Assembly (NCBI GenBank): GCA_963677435.1
Contig: OY781945.1
Coordinates: 2,240,001-2,304,000 of the forward strand
Source of the DNA: an uncultured Aliarcobacter sp.
GTDB lineage: Bacteria; Campylobacterota; Campylobacteria; Campylobacterales; Arcobacteraceae
DNA: 64,000 nt
Reading direction: 5' to 3'
The position numbers and the translations under genes were made by a program. This document shows, one piece after another, positions 39,552 through 49,830 of this stretch. Numbering within the stretch: the stretch's first letter is position 1; every line of letters starts with the position of its first letter. Under the pieces are notes generated by a model that saw nothing but the letters and a program-made list of their open reading frames with translations, did no database searches and was not told where the DNA came from.

Positions 39552-39666
39552 TAAAAAAGAAATATAAAACAAAATATCTAAAATAAGTATCTCAATATTA
39601 GTGATTTTTATAAAGAAATTATCAAAAAATGGTAATATTACGGACTAATTATAAAAAAAGGAAACT

Positions 39667-42195
39667 GTGTTGAGATATATCATCTTAGGGCTTATACTTG
39701 CAGGACTATTTCAAGTGTTTTTTTGGATTACACAAGATAATAGAGTATCACTGAAGCAAGATGCTTCAGCAAGAATCGAATCGCTTTCATATTCTCCATA
39801 TCAAGGATATGATAAAAAAGTACTGTCACCAGAACAAATAGAAGAAGATATAGGTATTCTATTAAATTTTACTGACAAAGTTAGAACATATTCAACAGCA
39901 GATGCTAAAGTAATTTTAGAAGTTGCATCTAAAACTAATATGTCTGTTGATTTAGGTCTATGGTTAAGTGGTGATTATGCTGAGAATTTTTTAGAAATTC
40001 AAAGAGCCATCAAGCTTTTAAAAAAATATCCAGATACTATAAATAATGTTATTGTTGGAAATGAAACACTTCTTAGAACAGATTTAAATGAAGTTGAATT
40101 ATCTGCTTATTTAGATTTCATGAGAGAATATACTGACAAGCCAATTACTACTGCGGAAGTTTGGCATACATTAGTTAAATATCCAGATATTGGCAAGCAT
40201 GTTGATTTCATTACTGTTCATATCTTACCTTATTGGGAAAAAGTGCCAATTGATAGATTCAATGAATTTATGATTGAAAAATATACCTTAGTAGAAAAAC
40301 AATATCCAGATAAAAAGATAACAATTGGTGAGACTGGTTGGCCTAGTCATGGGTACAATTTTAATGGTGCCGTTCCAAGTTTAAAAAATCAAGCAATTGC
40401 TATTAGAGGATTTTTAAATCTTGCAAAAGAGAAAAATTGGTCTTATAACATTGTTGAAGCTTTTGATCAACCATGGAAAGGTTATGATGAGGGGAATGTT
40501 GGTCAATATTGGGGAATATTCACTTCAAATAGAGCATTAAAATTCTATTTAAATGGAGATATTGAATTAAATCAATATTGGATTTACCAAATGGTTGCTG
40601 CTATTATAATTGGGGCATTATTAACACTATTTGGACTTAGAAATCAAAGATTAAATTTAAATCATGCCTTAGCTTATGGTATTGCAGCTCAAGGTATGGC
40701 ATTTGGTATTGTAATGGCTGTTACTTATCCATTTATAAACTATATGAACTTTGGTATGTGGGTTATGTGGAGTATGGGAACCTTTTTAATGATTCCTCTT
40801 GTGGTAATTACCCTTGCAAAAGCAAATGAGTTATTTAAATGTTCAATTGGAACTCCTCCTACAAGATTAGTTCCTCTTGATTTAAAATCAGACAATATTC
40901 CTTTTGTTTCAATACATGTTCCAGCTTATAAAGAGCAACCACATGTTTTAGAAGAGACATTAAGAGCTTTAGCAAAACTCAGATATCCAAATTATGAAGT
41001 TCTTGTAGTTATAAATAATACACCAGAAGAGTATTACTGGAAACCTGTTGAAAAGTTATGTGAAGAGCTTGGAGATAAATTTGTATTTATGAATATTACA
41101 TGTACAGGATTTAAAGCAGGTGCTTTAAATGCTGCATTAGAACAAACAAATAAAGAAGCAGAAATTATTGCTGTAATTGATGCTGATTATGTTGTTGAAT
41201 CATCTTGGTTAGTTGATTTAGTTCCATTATTTGATGATCCAAAAGTAGCAATCGTTCAAGCTCCTCAAGATCATAGAGATGGTGATGAATCTATAATCAA
41301 AACAGCAATGAATGCTGAATATGCAGGTTTCTTTGATATTGGTATGATTGATAGAAATGAAGAAAATGCAATTGTAGTTCATGGAACAATGGTTATGGTA
41401 AGACTAAGTTCTATGATGGAAGTTGGTGGTTGGGGAACTGATACTATTGTTGAAGATAGTGAATTAGGGCTTAGGCTATTTGAAGCTGGATATATTGCTC
41501 ATTATACAAACAGAAGATATGGTTATGGATTACTTCCAGATACATTTGAGGCTTTCAAAACACAAAGACACAGATGGGCTTATGGAGCAATTCAAATTCT
41601 TAAAAAACACTGGAGAGAATTTAGACCATCTGCAAAAAAACTTGAATCTAGACAAAAAACTAAATTTGTTGCTGGTTGGTTCTTCTGGTTAAGTGATGCT
41701 TTAGGTCCAGTTATGGCTGTTATGAATATTATTTGGGTTCCAGTTATTATTTTTGTTGGAGTTACGATTCCGACAATTCCATTAACAATTCCAATTATTA
41801 CAGCATTTTTAGTAAATATTTTACACACATTTATTTTATATAGAATGAAAGTAAAAACAAGTCTTAAAAATACTGTTTTAAGTTCTATAGCATCTATGAG
41901 TTTACAGCTAATTATTTTTAAAGCTGTTTATGATGGATTTGTAAAAGATGGTTTACCATTTAAAAGAACTCAAAAAGGTGGAAAAGCTAAAAAAAGTGAT
42001 AATCCAATAAAATATGAAACTATTTTAGGAGTTTTATTATTAATTGCATTCTTTGCTTTAATCTTTACAAACAAAACAGGAATTGTAGAGATTTATGTAT
42101 TTGCAGCAACTATATTTATTCAAAGTATCCCTTATATCTCAGCTATTATTATGAGATATTTGGAGCTATCTTCTATCAAAAATCAAAAGTCTTAA
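39667..42195 (+). CDS. GH17 transglycosylase + GT2 glucan synthase fusion (NdvB-like)
   Basis: GH17 VGNE, HILPYWE, GETGWPS, EAFDQPWK; GT2 KAGALN, DADY, TIVED, QRHRW; TM segments. Confidence 0.88.
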   Translation: MLRYIILGLILAGLFQVFFWITQDNRVSLKQDASARIESLSYSPYQGYDKKVLSPEQIEEDIGILLNFTDKVRTYSTADAKVILEVASKTNMSVDLGLWLSGDYAENFLEIQRAIKLLKKYPDTINNVIVGNETLLRTDLNEVELSAYLDFMREYTDKPITTAEVWHTLVKYPDIGKHVDFITVHILPYWEKVPIDRFNEFMIEKYTLVEKQYPDKKITIGETGWPSHGYNFNGAVPSLKNQAIAIRGFLNLAKEKNWSYNIVEAFDQPWKGYDEGNVGQYWGIFTSNRALKFYLNGDIELNQYWIYQMVAAIIIGALLTLFGLRNQRLNLNHALAYGIAAQGMAFGIVMAVTYPFINYMNFGMWVMWSMGTFLMIPLVVITLAKANELFKCSIGTPPTRLVPLDLKSDNIPFVSIHVPAYKEQPHVLEETLRALAKLRYPNYEVLVVINNTPEEYYWKPVEKLCEELGDKFVFMNITCTGFKAGALNAALEQTNKEAEIIAVIDADYVVESSWLVDLVPLFDDPKVAIVQAPQDHRDGDESIIKTAMNAEYAGFFDIGMIDRNEENAIVVHGTMVMVRLSSMMEVGGWGTDTIVEDSELGLRLFEAGYIAHYTNRRYGYGLLPDTFEAFKTQRHRWAYGAIQILKKHWREFRPSAKKLESRQKTKFVAGWFFWLSDALGPVMAVMNIIWVPVIIFVGVTIPTIPLTIPIITAFLVNILHTFILYRMKVKTSLKNTVLSSIASMSLQLIIFKAVYDGFVKDGLPFKRTQKGGKAKKSDNPIKYETILGVLLLIAFFALIFTNKTGIVEIYVFAATIFIQSIPYISAIIMRYLELSSIKNQKS

Positions 42196-42209
42196 AAGAC
42201 TTTTGATTT
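42180..42209 (+). terminator. Hairpin/terminator at end of ndvB-like gene
   Basis: AAATCAAAAGTCT-taaa-AGACTTTTGATTT. Confidence 0.7.
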
Positions 42210-42395
42210 ATTCCAAACATTAAATCCTTCAATCTTCTACTTTCTTATTCTCAATATTAAAATTATAAATAGTAACAAACTAAATCTTTATGTTTAAATT
42301 TTTAAATATAAGATGATACAGATAAAGAGTATTGGATTAGTAATTATTATTTAGTATACAGAAGACCTATTCAAAGTTTTGTAGAGATGATTTTT

Positions 42396-42425
42396 AATAT
42401 AAAGAGAGTTTTCTCTCTTTATATT
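42396..42425 (-). terminator. Terminator downstream of BCCT gene
   Basis: AATATAAAGAGAG-tttt-CTCTCTTTATATT. Confidence 0.7.
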
Positions 42426-42445
42426 TTATCTGATAATAGTACTAT

Positions 42446-44449
42446 TTAATCAATTGGTACTACAGGATTCAAACTAGATGTGTTATGTAAAAAGTGTCTA
42501 TGTTTTTCAAACTGATCTATTATATCAGTAGCAATAACATCTTCATCATATCCATAAATATCATAAGCTTTATTACCATCTTGTAAATAAACTTCAGCAC
42601 GAGCATATTTTTTCTGCTCTTTTGTTGGATTTACAGATTCAGGATATGCATAACTTGGAGTATCATAATTTCTAGAACGAACTTCATAAATGAAATCAAA
42701 ATCATCTGAGTGTTCAACTCTAATAACTGAAACACCAGCTATTTTATCATTTGAAACATCAACATTCCAAGAGTAACTACTAAGTTCATCTTTTACTATA
42801 TTCATAGCATTAAAAACATTTTCATTAATAAATCTTTTTGTTTCATCAACTTTTGGGAACTCAATGATTCTGCTAAGTCTTGATTGCCAAGTTCCACTTA
42901 TTTTCCCATGTCGTCCTGCATTCATATGATGTTGTAAACTCTCATATCTAATTGACTCTAATTTAAGAGCTTTATAGAGTCCCCAACAAGCGATTAACAT
43001 AATTATTGCAAATGGTAAAGCTATTATTATTGAAGCTGATTGTAAAGCTCCTAAGCCACCTGCAAGTAATAAAGCAACTGCCACAACACCTTCAGTTACT
43101 GACCAAAATATTCTTTGCCAAACTGGATTATTATCTTTTCCCCCAGAAGCAATTGTATCCACAACTAAAGAGCCAGAATCTGATGATGTAACAAAAAAAG
43201 TTACAACTAAAATAATAGCAATTACAGATATAAAACTAGAAAAAGGGAAATGCTCTAAAAATTTGAAAAGTGCAGTTGAAACATCAGCGGACACAGCTGT
43301 TGATAAATCAGAAAATCCTTCATGCATAATTGCATTTAAAGCACTATTTCCAAAAACAGTCATCCACATAAATGTAAATCCAACTGGTACAAATAAAACA
43401 CCAACTACAAATTCTCTAATTGTTCTTCCCCTTGATACTCTTGCAATAAACATTCCTACAAATGGAGCCCAAGCAATCCACCAAGCCCAATAAAATAGTG
43501 TCCAAGAACTAATCCAAGAAGTTTTATCATAAGCATATTGATTAAATGTCATAAATACAATATTAGATAAATATGAACCGATATTTTGGATATATGCATT
43601 TAATAGAAAAAATGTAGGACCAGCTAAAAAGATAAATAAAACTAAAAAACAAGCTAAATAAAGATTGAGTTCTGATAATCTTTTTATTCCCGTATCAAGT
43701 CCTAAAACAACAGAAATTGTGGCAAAGGTTGTTATTATTGCAATTAATACAATTTGAGTTGAGATTCCAACTGGAATATCAAATAAATAGTTTAATCCTG
43801 AGTTTATTTGTAAAACTCCAAATCCTAATGATGTTGCCACCCCAAAAATAGTACCAAGTACAGCAATTGTATCAACACTATGTCCAATACCACCATAAAT
43901 TTTATCTCCAACTAAGGGATATAAAGCTGATCTAATTGACAAAGGTAAACCATGTCTAAAAGAGAAATATGCCAATACTAAACCAACAACTGCATAAATT
44001 CCCCAAGCATGTAAACCCCAGTGAAAAAATACAATATTCATTGCAAGTTTTGCAGATTCAATACTCTCAGGTGTTCCAACAGGTGGAGAGACATAATGCA
44101 TTACAGGTTCAGCAACACCCCAAAACATAAGCCCTATTCCCATTCCAGCTGAGAAAAGCATAGCAAACCAAGATAAATTGCTATAGGCAGGTTTTGATTG
44201 ATCTGGTCCTAACTTAAATTTACCAAAGGGTGAAATTGCTAGATACAGCACAAAAAGTGTAAAAATACCTACACTTGACATATAAAGCCAACCAAATTTT
44301 TCAGCAACAAAATTTTTAATACTACTAAAAATCTCATTTGCAATTTGTGGCATAATCATTGTAAATGCCACCAATACTACTATAAATAATACTGATGGAA
44401 TAAATACAGGTTTTAATATTGTTGAATTAATATTATTCTTCATTTTCAT
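42446..44449 (-). CDS. betT: BCCT family choline/glycine-betaine transporter (BetT-like)
   Basis: SWFAMLFSAGMGIGLMFWG, HWGLHAW, WTLFYWAWWIAWAPFVG, long BetT-type C-terminal domain. Confidence 0.88.
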   Translation of the reverse strand: MKMKNNINSTILKPVFIPSVLFIVVLVAFTMIMPQIANEIFSSIKNFVAEKFGWLYMSSVGIFTLFVLYLAISPFGKFKLGPDQSKPAYSNLSWFAMLFSAGMGIGLMFWGVAEPVMHYVSPPVGTPESIESAKLAMNIVFFHWGLHAWGIYAVVGLVLAYFSFRHGLPLSIRSALYPLVGDKIYGGIGHSVDTIAVLGTIFGVATSLGFGVLQINSGLNYLFDIPVGISTQIVLIAIITTFATISVVLGLDTGIKRLSELNLYLACFLVLFIFLAGPTFFLLNAYIQNIGSYLSNIVFMTFNQYAYDKTSWISSWTLFYWAWWIAWAPFVGMFIARVSRGRTIREFVVGVLFVPVGFTFMWMTVFGNSALNAIMHEGFSDLSTAVSADVSTALFKFLEHFPFSSFISVIAIILVVTFFVTSSDSGSLVVDTIASGGKDNNPVWQRIFWSVTEGVVAVALLLAGGLGALQSASIIIALPFAIIMLIACWGLYKALKLESIRYESLQHHMNAGRHGKISGTWQSRLSRIIEFPKVDETKRFINENVFNAMNIVKDELSSYSWNVDVSNDKIAGVSVIRVEHSDDFDFIYEVRSRNYDTPSYAYPESVNPTKEQKKYARAEVYLQDGNKAYDIYGYDEDVIATDIIDQFEKHRHFLHNTSSLNPVVPID

Positions 44450-45710
44450 TTTCCTTTTTATATTCTAAATCTTGTCTTGGGTCTAATTCTACTACTGTTC
44501 CTCCTGAAGCTACTGGGATATTTACAAATACACTCATATCATCATCTGCAATTCGTTTTTTTGATAGGGAATAAAATCCTATAAAAACACCTAAAATTGA
44601 AAAAATCACAAAGATGAATTCTGAATAATAATAAAGTCCAAATCCTAAAAATATTGGAGCAATAAAAGCACCTAATCCATAAGTAAATAATAAAGATCTA
44701 CTAATTTCTACGATATCTTTATTTTCATCCACAACATCATTTGCTCTTGATAAAGATAAAGGATAAATAGAAAAAATACTAAACCCTAATAAAATACCTA
44801 ATATACAAATTATAGTTACAGAAGATATTGAAAATAAAAATAATAGACAAATAAATGAGATATAAAAACCATTAAAAGCTATGAGTTTTCTTCTTCCATA
44901 TTTATCAGATAGTAGACCAATTGGCCATTGAGAAATTAATCCTCCAAGAATTGAGCAAGCCATAAATAGTGAAACAGTTTCTATTGAAGAATATTTTTGC
45001 ATAAGATAGATTGGTACCATTGTAAAAAATCCACCAACAAAAAATCCACCAATAAAACTTCCAGTTAAGGCAAGTGGAACTACACTATAAAGTTTTGGAA
45101 AACTATATTTTTCAAAAGGTTTTAAAATTGGCTCTTTTATTTTTGTCATAGAGATAAAAAGAACAGAAAAAAGTATTAATACTGAACCTAAAATAAAAAT
45201 TATATAAGTAGTATCACCTTTTATATTTAAAAAAAGTTGTCCAAGAGCAGTTGCTAAATAGAAAATAATTGTATAAATAGCAAGTATTTTCCCCCTGTGA
45301 GTTTGGCTACTTTTTTCATTTAACCAACTTTCAATAATAATTAGCAAAGCATAAAAAGCAAAACCAGAGATAAAACGCAATAGTGCCCATAAATATTCAT
45401 TAAAAAATAGAGCTTGAATTAAAAAAGAGATTACCATCAAAGAAGCAAAAGTAGCGAAACTTCGAATATGTCCGACGGAGGATATAATCTTTTGACTAAA
45501 TATAGAGGAGCCAATGGCGCCTAGAAAAAATGAGGCATTAATCAAACCAATTACTGCATCATTTAAACCTAAATCTTTTAGATAAACTCCCACATAAGTC
45601 AAAATCATACCGTAACCAATTGCTAAAAAAGCAATGGCAAAAAATAGTGATGAAATAGGACTTAATGAGAATTTTTCCATATACGAGTGTGTGTTTATAT
45701 GTTCATTCAT
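44433..45710 (-). CDS. MFS transporter (YcaD-like)
   Basis: VGHIRSF, IESWLN, QWPIGLLSDKYGRR; about 12 TM helices. Confidence 0.85.
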   Translation of the reverse strand: MNEHINTHSYMEKFSLSPISSLFFAIAFLAIGYGMILTYVGVYLKDLGLNDAVIGLINASFFLGAIGSSIFSQKIISSVGHIRSFATFASLMVISFLIQALFFNEYLWALLRFISGFAFYALLIIIESWLNEKSSQTHRGKILAIYTIIFYLATALGQLFLNIKGDTTYIIFILGSVLILFSVLFISMTKIKEPILKPFEKYSFPKLYSVVPLALTGSFIGGFFVGGFFTMVPIYLMQKYSSIETVSLFMACSILGGLISQWPIGLLSDKYGRRKLIAFNGFYISFICLLFLFSISSVTIICILGILLGFSIFSIYPLSLSRANDVVDENKDIVEISRSLLFTYGLGAFIAPIFLGFGLYYYSEFIFVIFSILGVFIGFYSLSKKRIADDDMSVFVNIPVASGGTVVELDPRQDLEYKKENENEE

Positions 45711-45822
45711 CCTTTCAAATTAACATATCTGTTCTTAAATTTCTCTTTTATAAGCTTATTTGTTCCTAAAAAGTAACATAATTGTTATATAATAATTACA
45801 AAATATTAGCTATGGAAAAATT

Positions 45823-46599
45823 ATGCAAACAAAAAAACTAATATCTTATTTAACTTGTGAAAAATTTGAAAATGAGATATTTATAAGAGTAGAAGAGCGA
45901 TATAAGTGCAATATTATAAAAGATGCAATTATTGTAAATTTAGAAAATGATGAACAAATTATTTTATTTAAATATGGTGTTTTCATTTGTTGGAATGTAA
46001 AATTTGAAAATATCAAATTTTTTATGGATTTTATAAAAAATTATGAAATTAATAGTTTTGAAATTCCTTTTATTGAAGAATTAAATTACATTTTAGAAAA
46101 TGAATTTAAAATAAACTTCGATACAATCTATCTAAATGATTTATCTTCAACATCAAAAATTGCCATATCTCAAGCCTTAGCTCAAAATGTAAAACTTGAT
46201 CAATTTGAAAAAGAACTTCAATCAAGTATAGAAGACAATTCAAAAATTCCTTTGCAATTAGCCCAAACAGGAAAAATCAAACTTACAAAAAAAGAAATTT
46301 CAAAAAAAATTGGAGAATTATTTTTAGTAAAAAGTAAAATAAATCTACACTACGATTTACTTGATACTCCTGAATTTTTTTGGGAATATCCACAATATGA
46401 AAATCAATATGAAAAAATGATTAAATATTTAGATATAAAATCAAGGGTTGAAGTTCTAAATAAAAAAGTTGAAATTATTCAAGAACTTCTGCATGTTTTA
46501 GGAGATGAACAAAAACATAGATATTCATCATTTTTAGAGTGGATAATTATTATATTAATTGCTTTTGAAATAGTAATTAGTCTTAAAGAGTATCTTTAA
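45823..46599 (+). CDS. RMD1/DUF155 family protein
   Basis: FKYGVFICWN, SQALAQNVKL..FE, LLDTPEFFWE, RVEVLN, LEWIIIILI. Confidence 0.85.
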   Translation: MQTKKLISYLTCEKFENEIFIRVEERYKCNIIKDAIIVNLENDEQIILFKYGVFICWNVKFENIKFFMDFIKNYEINSFEIPFIEELNYILENEFKINFDTIYLNDLSSTSKIAISQALAQNVKLDQFEKELQSSIEDNSKIPLQLAQTGKIKLTKKEISKKIGELFLVKSKINLHYDLLDTPEFFWEYPQYENQYEKMIKYLDIKSRVEVLNKKVEIIQELLHVLGDEQKHRYSSFLEWIIIILIAFEIVISLKEYL

Positions 46600-47230
46600 C
46601 AGATTTTAAATCTGGAAAGTTTACTCTTATTTTCTCCATAAAACCACTATCTGGGTCATGTTTTATTGTTCTATATTTTGCATCTTTTTCTAAAAATAAA
46701 GGATGATGCTCAAAACGCATGTATTCATAATGTCCAATTAAATATTTGATTGTTTTATATTTATCTTTTAAATATTTAACTAATTCAATATTTGCTTTTA
46801 ATTGTTCATCTGTTAATGGCTTTTTATTTCCACCAACATTCTCAATTCCAATACTTGAAAGATTCAAACCTATTATATGTCTTGCCATATAAGTTTCAGG
46901 CATCAAAGAATAAATTGTTCCATCAAAATCTACTAAAAATTGCGCTGATACATTTAAATCTCCAGCTTTTTTTATATATTTTCTATCTGATAATAAAATC
47001 TCAGGATAAAATCTATCAAAAGATTCTTTTAAATCATCACTTGCCGTATGATGAATAACTATTATTTGAGGAACTATATTAATATCTTTAACATCTAAAC
47101 CATAAGAATTTTTTATATATTCTTTAGTTAAATCAATACGATTTTGTGTAAATTTTATTGGCATCTGCTTTATTTCGATGGCATAAGCGTTAATTAGTAA
47201 AAGTAAAATTGTAATAAATATTTTTTTCAT
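46583..47230 (-). CDS. N-acetylmuramoyl-L-alanine amidase (Amidase_2)
   Basis: Signal peptide; VIHHTA, ARH, SIGIEN, GH, DP. Confidence 0.85.
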   Translation of the reverse strand: MKKIFITILLLLINAYAIEIKQMPIKFTQNRIDLTKEYIKNSYGLDVKDINIVPQIIVIHHTASDDLKESFDRFYPEILLSDRKYIKKAGDLNVSAQFLVDFDGTIYSLMPETYMARHIIGLNLSSIGIENVGGNKKPLTDEQLKANIELVKYLKDKYKTIKYLIGHYEYMRFEHHPLFLEKDAKYRTIKHDPDSGFMEKIRVNFPDLKSVKDTL

Positions 47231-47320
47231 GGCAGCATTGTAACAAATTAACTTTATAATTCCATTTGTAAATTAAATGAAGATAATAATATAATCTACT
47301 TATCAATAAAAAGGAAACTT

Positions 47321-47611
47321 ATGACAGATATAAAAGAAAAACTAAAAGACTTAGTTGAAACAGTAATGATTCCAGAAGTTGAAAATTATTTAGAAGATTT
47401 ATCTAAACTTTTAGAAACAAATTCACAAACTGAAGATGATATGTTGGCTATCGAAGAAATGGAGTCATTTTTAGTTGAACTTCAAAATATTTTAGCTGTA
47501 ATTGAAGAGAATAAAACAGAAGATTGTGAATATCAAAGAATTTATGATTATATTATGAAAAATTTAGATGAACATGAACATGGGCACAATATTGAAGAAC
47601 AAGAAGACTAA
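47321..47611 (+). CDS. Small acidic hypothetical protein with His-rich tail
   Basis: AAGGA SD; D/E-rich; resembles 17956..18213. Confidence 0.75.
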   Translation: MTDIKEKLKDLVETVMIPEVENYLEDLSKLLETNSQTEDDMLAIEEMESFLVELQNILAVIEENKTEDCEYQRIYDYIMKNLDEHEHGHNIEEQED

Positions 47612-47615
47612 AAAT

Positions 47616-49226
47616 CTACTTGTTTTCTATATTTACTAAAGCCTCTTGAACTAATAATCGCCCTACTTCAAAATGAGCATGTACAAATTTCTTAATATTT
47701 AAATCTTTTAATTGTGATTTTTCATCTAAAGATTCAATTTTCAACAATATATTCGCATTTGCATGAAACTTTAAAACAGCTTCACAAATCAATCTTTTTC
47801 TATGGGTATCACTAACAGTTATAATCACACTAGAAGCCTCATCAACTTTTAATGACTCTAAAACGGGTAATTTATCTAAGTGACCAAAATATGCCATATA
47901 TCCTAATTTTCTTCCTAAAAGAACATGTCTTAAATCATCCGAAATAATAACAAAAGGAATTTTTCTTTCTTTTAAATCATTTGCAATCACTCTTCCTAAA
48001 ATTGAAAATCCACAAATAACCACATGGTTTTTTGCTTCAATTGGAGTAATTTTATCAGATTCATAAAACTCAACAACAAAATAAGAAGCTAATTTATAAA
48101 TATTATTTACAATAAATGGTGTTAAAATCATTGATAATACAGAAACCAAAATCAAGAAACTTGCAGTTTCATGTGATAATAAATTATTACTTGCAGCTAG
48201 TGCAAATATAGCAAATGAAAATTCTCCAACTTGACAAAGAGCAAGTGCAGATTTTACAGCGGTACTTTTATCTGACTTTCTTCTAATAATCACATAAATA
48301 ACTAAAGCTTTAATAAGCATGATTAGAATAAATATTGCCAAAATTATATGAACATTTTGTAAAAAGTATAAAGCATCTATTTTTGTTCCAACAGAGAAGA
48401 AAAATGCACCTAAAAGTAAATCTTTATAACTTGCAATATCAGATTCAACCTTTACACTAAAGTTAGTATCAGAAATAATCATACCAGCAATAAAAGCACC
48501 CAAAGAGTAAGTAAATCCCATTTCATGTGCTAAAAGTGATGTTCCTATTACTATTGATAAAACTGAACCTAAAAACAGCTCTTCTATTCTTGTGTCTGAA
48601 GCAAATTTCAAAAGCCAAGAGATAAGTTTTTTTCCTATTGTAAACATAAAAAGTACAATAATTATTGCTGAAATAAAAGTTTTTCCTAAAACTTCACCAA
48701 TAGACAAAGTATCATTTGTTAAAAATGTAATAAGTAATAAAATAGGAATAACTGCTAAATCTTGGAAAATTAAAATTGCAGTTGATTTTTCTCCATAAGG
48801 AGTGTGAATATCTTTTGAATGTTTTAAATATGTTAAAACAATTGCAGTTGAAGATAAAGAAAAAGCTAAAGAAACAATAAGTGAAACTTCAACACTCAAA
48901 CCAAAAACAAAAAATGCAGCTAAATAAATAAGCACCGCACTAATACTTACTTGTAAAAAACCATTTAATAAAAGTATTTCTTTCATTTTTTTGATTTTAT
49001 CAAAACTCATTTCAAGTCCGATTGTAAACATTAAAAATACAATCCCAAACTCTGCAATAAGCTCTAGTGAACCAATATCTAAGCCATTAAAATTAAAAAT
49101 ATAACTAATTAATGTTCCTGTTATTATATATCCTATAATATGTGAAACTCCAAATCGTTTTAAAATTATATTTAAAATAGTTGCTATTGAAATGCTCAAA
49201 AATAGCGTAAATAAGATATTTTCCAT
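47616..49226 (-). CDS. CPA2 cation:proton antiporter with TrkA-N domain (KefB/KefC-like)
   Basis: AEFGIVFLMFTIGLE, SSTAIV, FQD, LGAFIAG, QVGEFSF; C-terminal KTN. Confidence 0.9.
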   Translation of the reverse strand: MENILFTLFLSISIATILNIILKRFGVSHIIGYIITGTLISYIFNFNGLDIGSLELIAEFGIVFLMFTIGLEMSFDKIKKMKEILLLNGFLQVSISAVLIYLAAFFVFGLSVEVSLIVSLAFSLSSTAIVLTYLKHSKDIHTPYGEKSTAILIFQDLAVIPILLLITFLTNDTLSIGEVLGKTFISAIIIVLFMFTIGKKLISWLLKFASDTRIEELFLGSVLSIVIGTSLLAHEMGFTYSLGAFIAGMIISDTNFSVKVESDIASYKDLLLGAFFFSVGTKIDALYFLQNVHIILAIFILIMLIKALVIYVIIRRKSDKSTAVKSALALCQVGEFSFAIFALAASNNLLSHETASFLILVSVLSMILTPFIVNNIYKLASYFVVEFYESDKITPIEAKNHVVICGFSILGRVIANDLKERKIPFVIISDDLRHVLLGRKLGYMAYFGHLDKLPVLESLKVDEASSVIITVSDTHRKRLICEAVLKFHANANILLKIESLDEKSQLKDLNIKKFVHAHFEVGRLLVQEALVNIENK

Positions 49227-49355
49227 TATTCTCTTTCTTTTTATATGTATAAAAATTATATCGAATTTAGCTTGTTTATTTTATGATTAATTGTATATAT
49301 TTTATTCATTAAATAAATTAAATTTTTTTGCTATAATTTCACCAAAGGATTTTAT

Positions 49356-49685
49356 ATGAAAAAAACATTCCAACTAATAGTTGCTAATAAAAATAAAGAT
49401 AGACAAGTTGAATCTATCAAAAATGATGTAAGAAAATATATCAAAAGAGAAAGAACTAAAAAATTACCAGAAAATTGTAATTACTGGAATTTTGATTGTA
49501 AATTTGGTAAAACAGAAAATGAAGCAGAAGTGATTAGATTTGTAGATATTACAAAATCAATTGATATTGCTGCAAGTGAAAATCTTGAAAGTTTTTATTT
49601 AGAACTAGTTGCTCGTGCAGAATTTAGAAAACCAAAAGAAAAAACTCAAACAAATAATGAAGAAGACGAAGAATTAGAAGATTAA
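49356..49685 (+). CDS. DUF6172-like conserved protein
   Basis: MKKTF, VRKYIKRER.K.LP, WNFDCKFG; TGCTATAAT promoter at 49329-49337. Confidence 0.7.
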   Translation: MKKTFQLIVANKNKDRQVESIKNDVRKYIKRERTKKLPENCNYWNFDCKFGKTENEAEVIRFVDITKSIDIAASENLESFYLELVARAEFRKPKEKTQTNNEEDEELED

Positions 49686-49830
49686 TTCTCTCTTCATCAT
49701 TAAAAACTCACTTAATCTACTTATAGAACAAATCTAAAAAATCAAATTTACTCTAAAATAGCAATTTTTGGATTGTTTAATATTTGTAATTAAGTTATTG
49801 TTTTAAAAATAAAAAAATGGAGACTTTATA

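Noticed and set aside
42290..42448. Possible small ORF or frameshifted remnant between the two terminators (13-aa MIQIKSIGLVIII; a startless frame DDTDKEYWISNYY...)
   Set aside because: No SD, very short or lacking a start codon, and no recognisable homology
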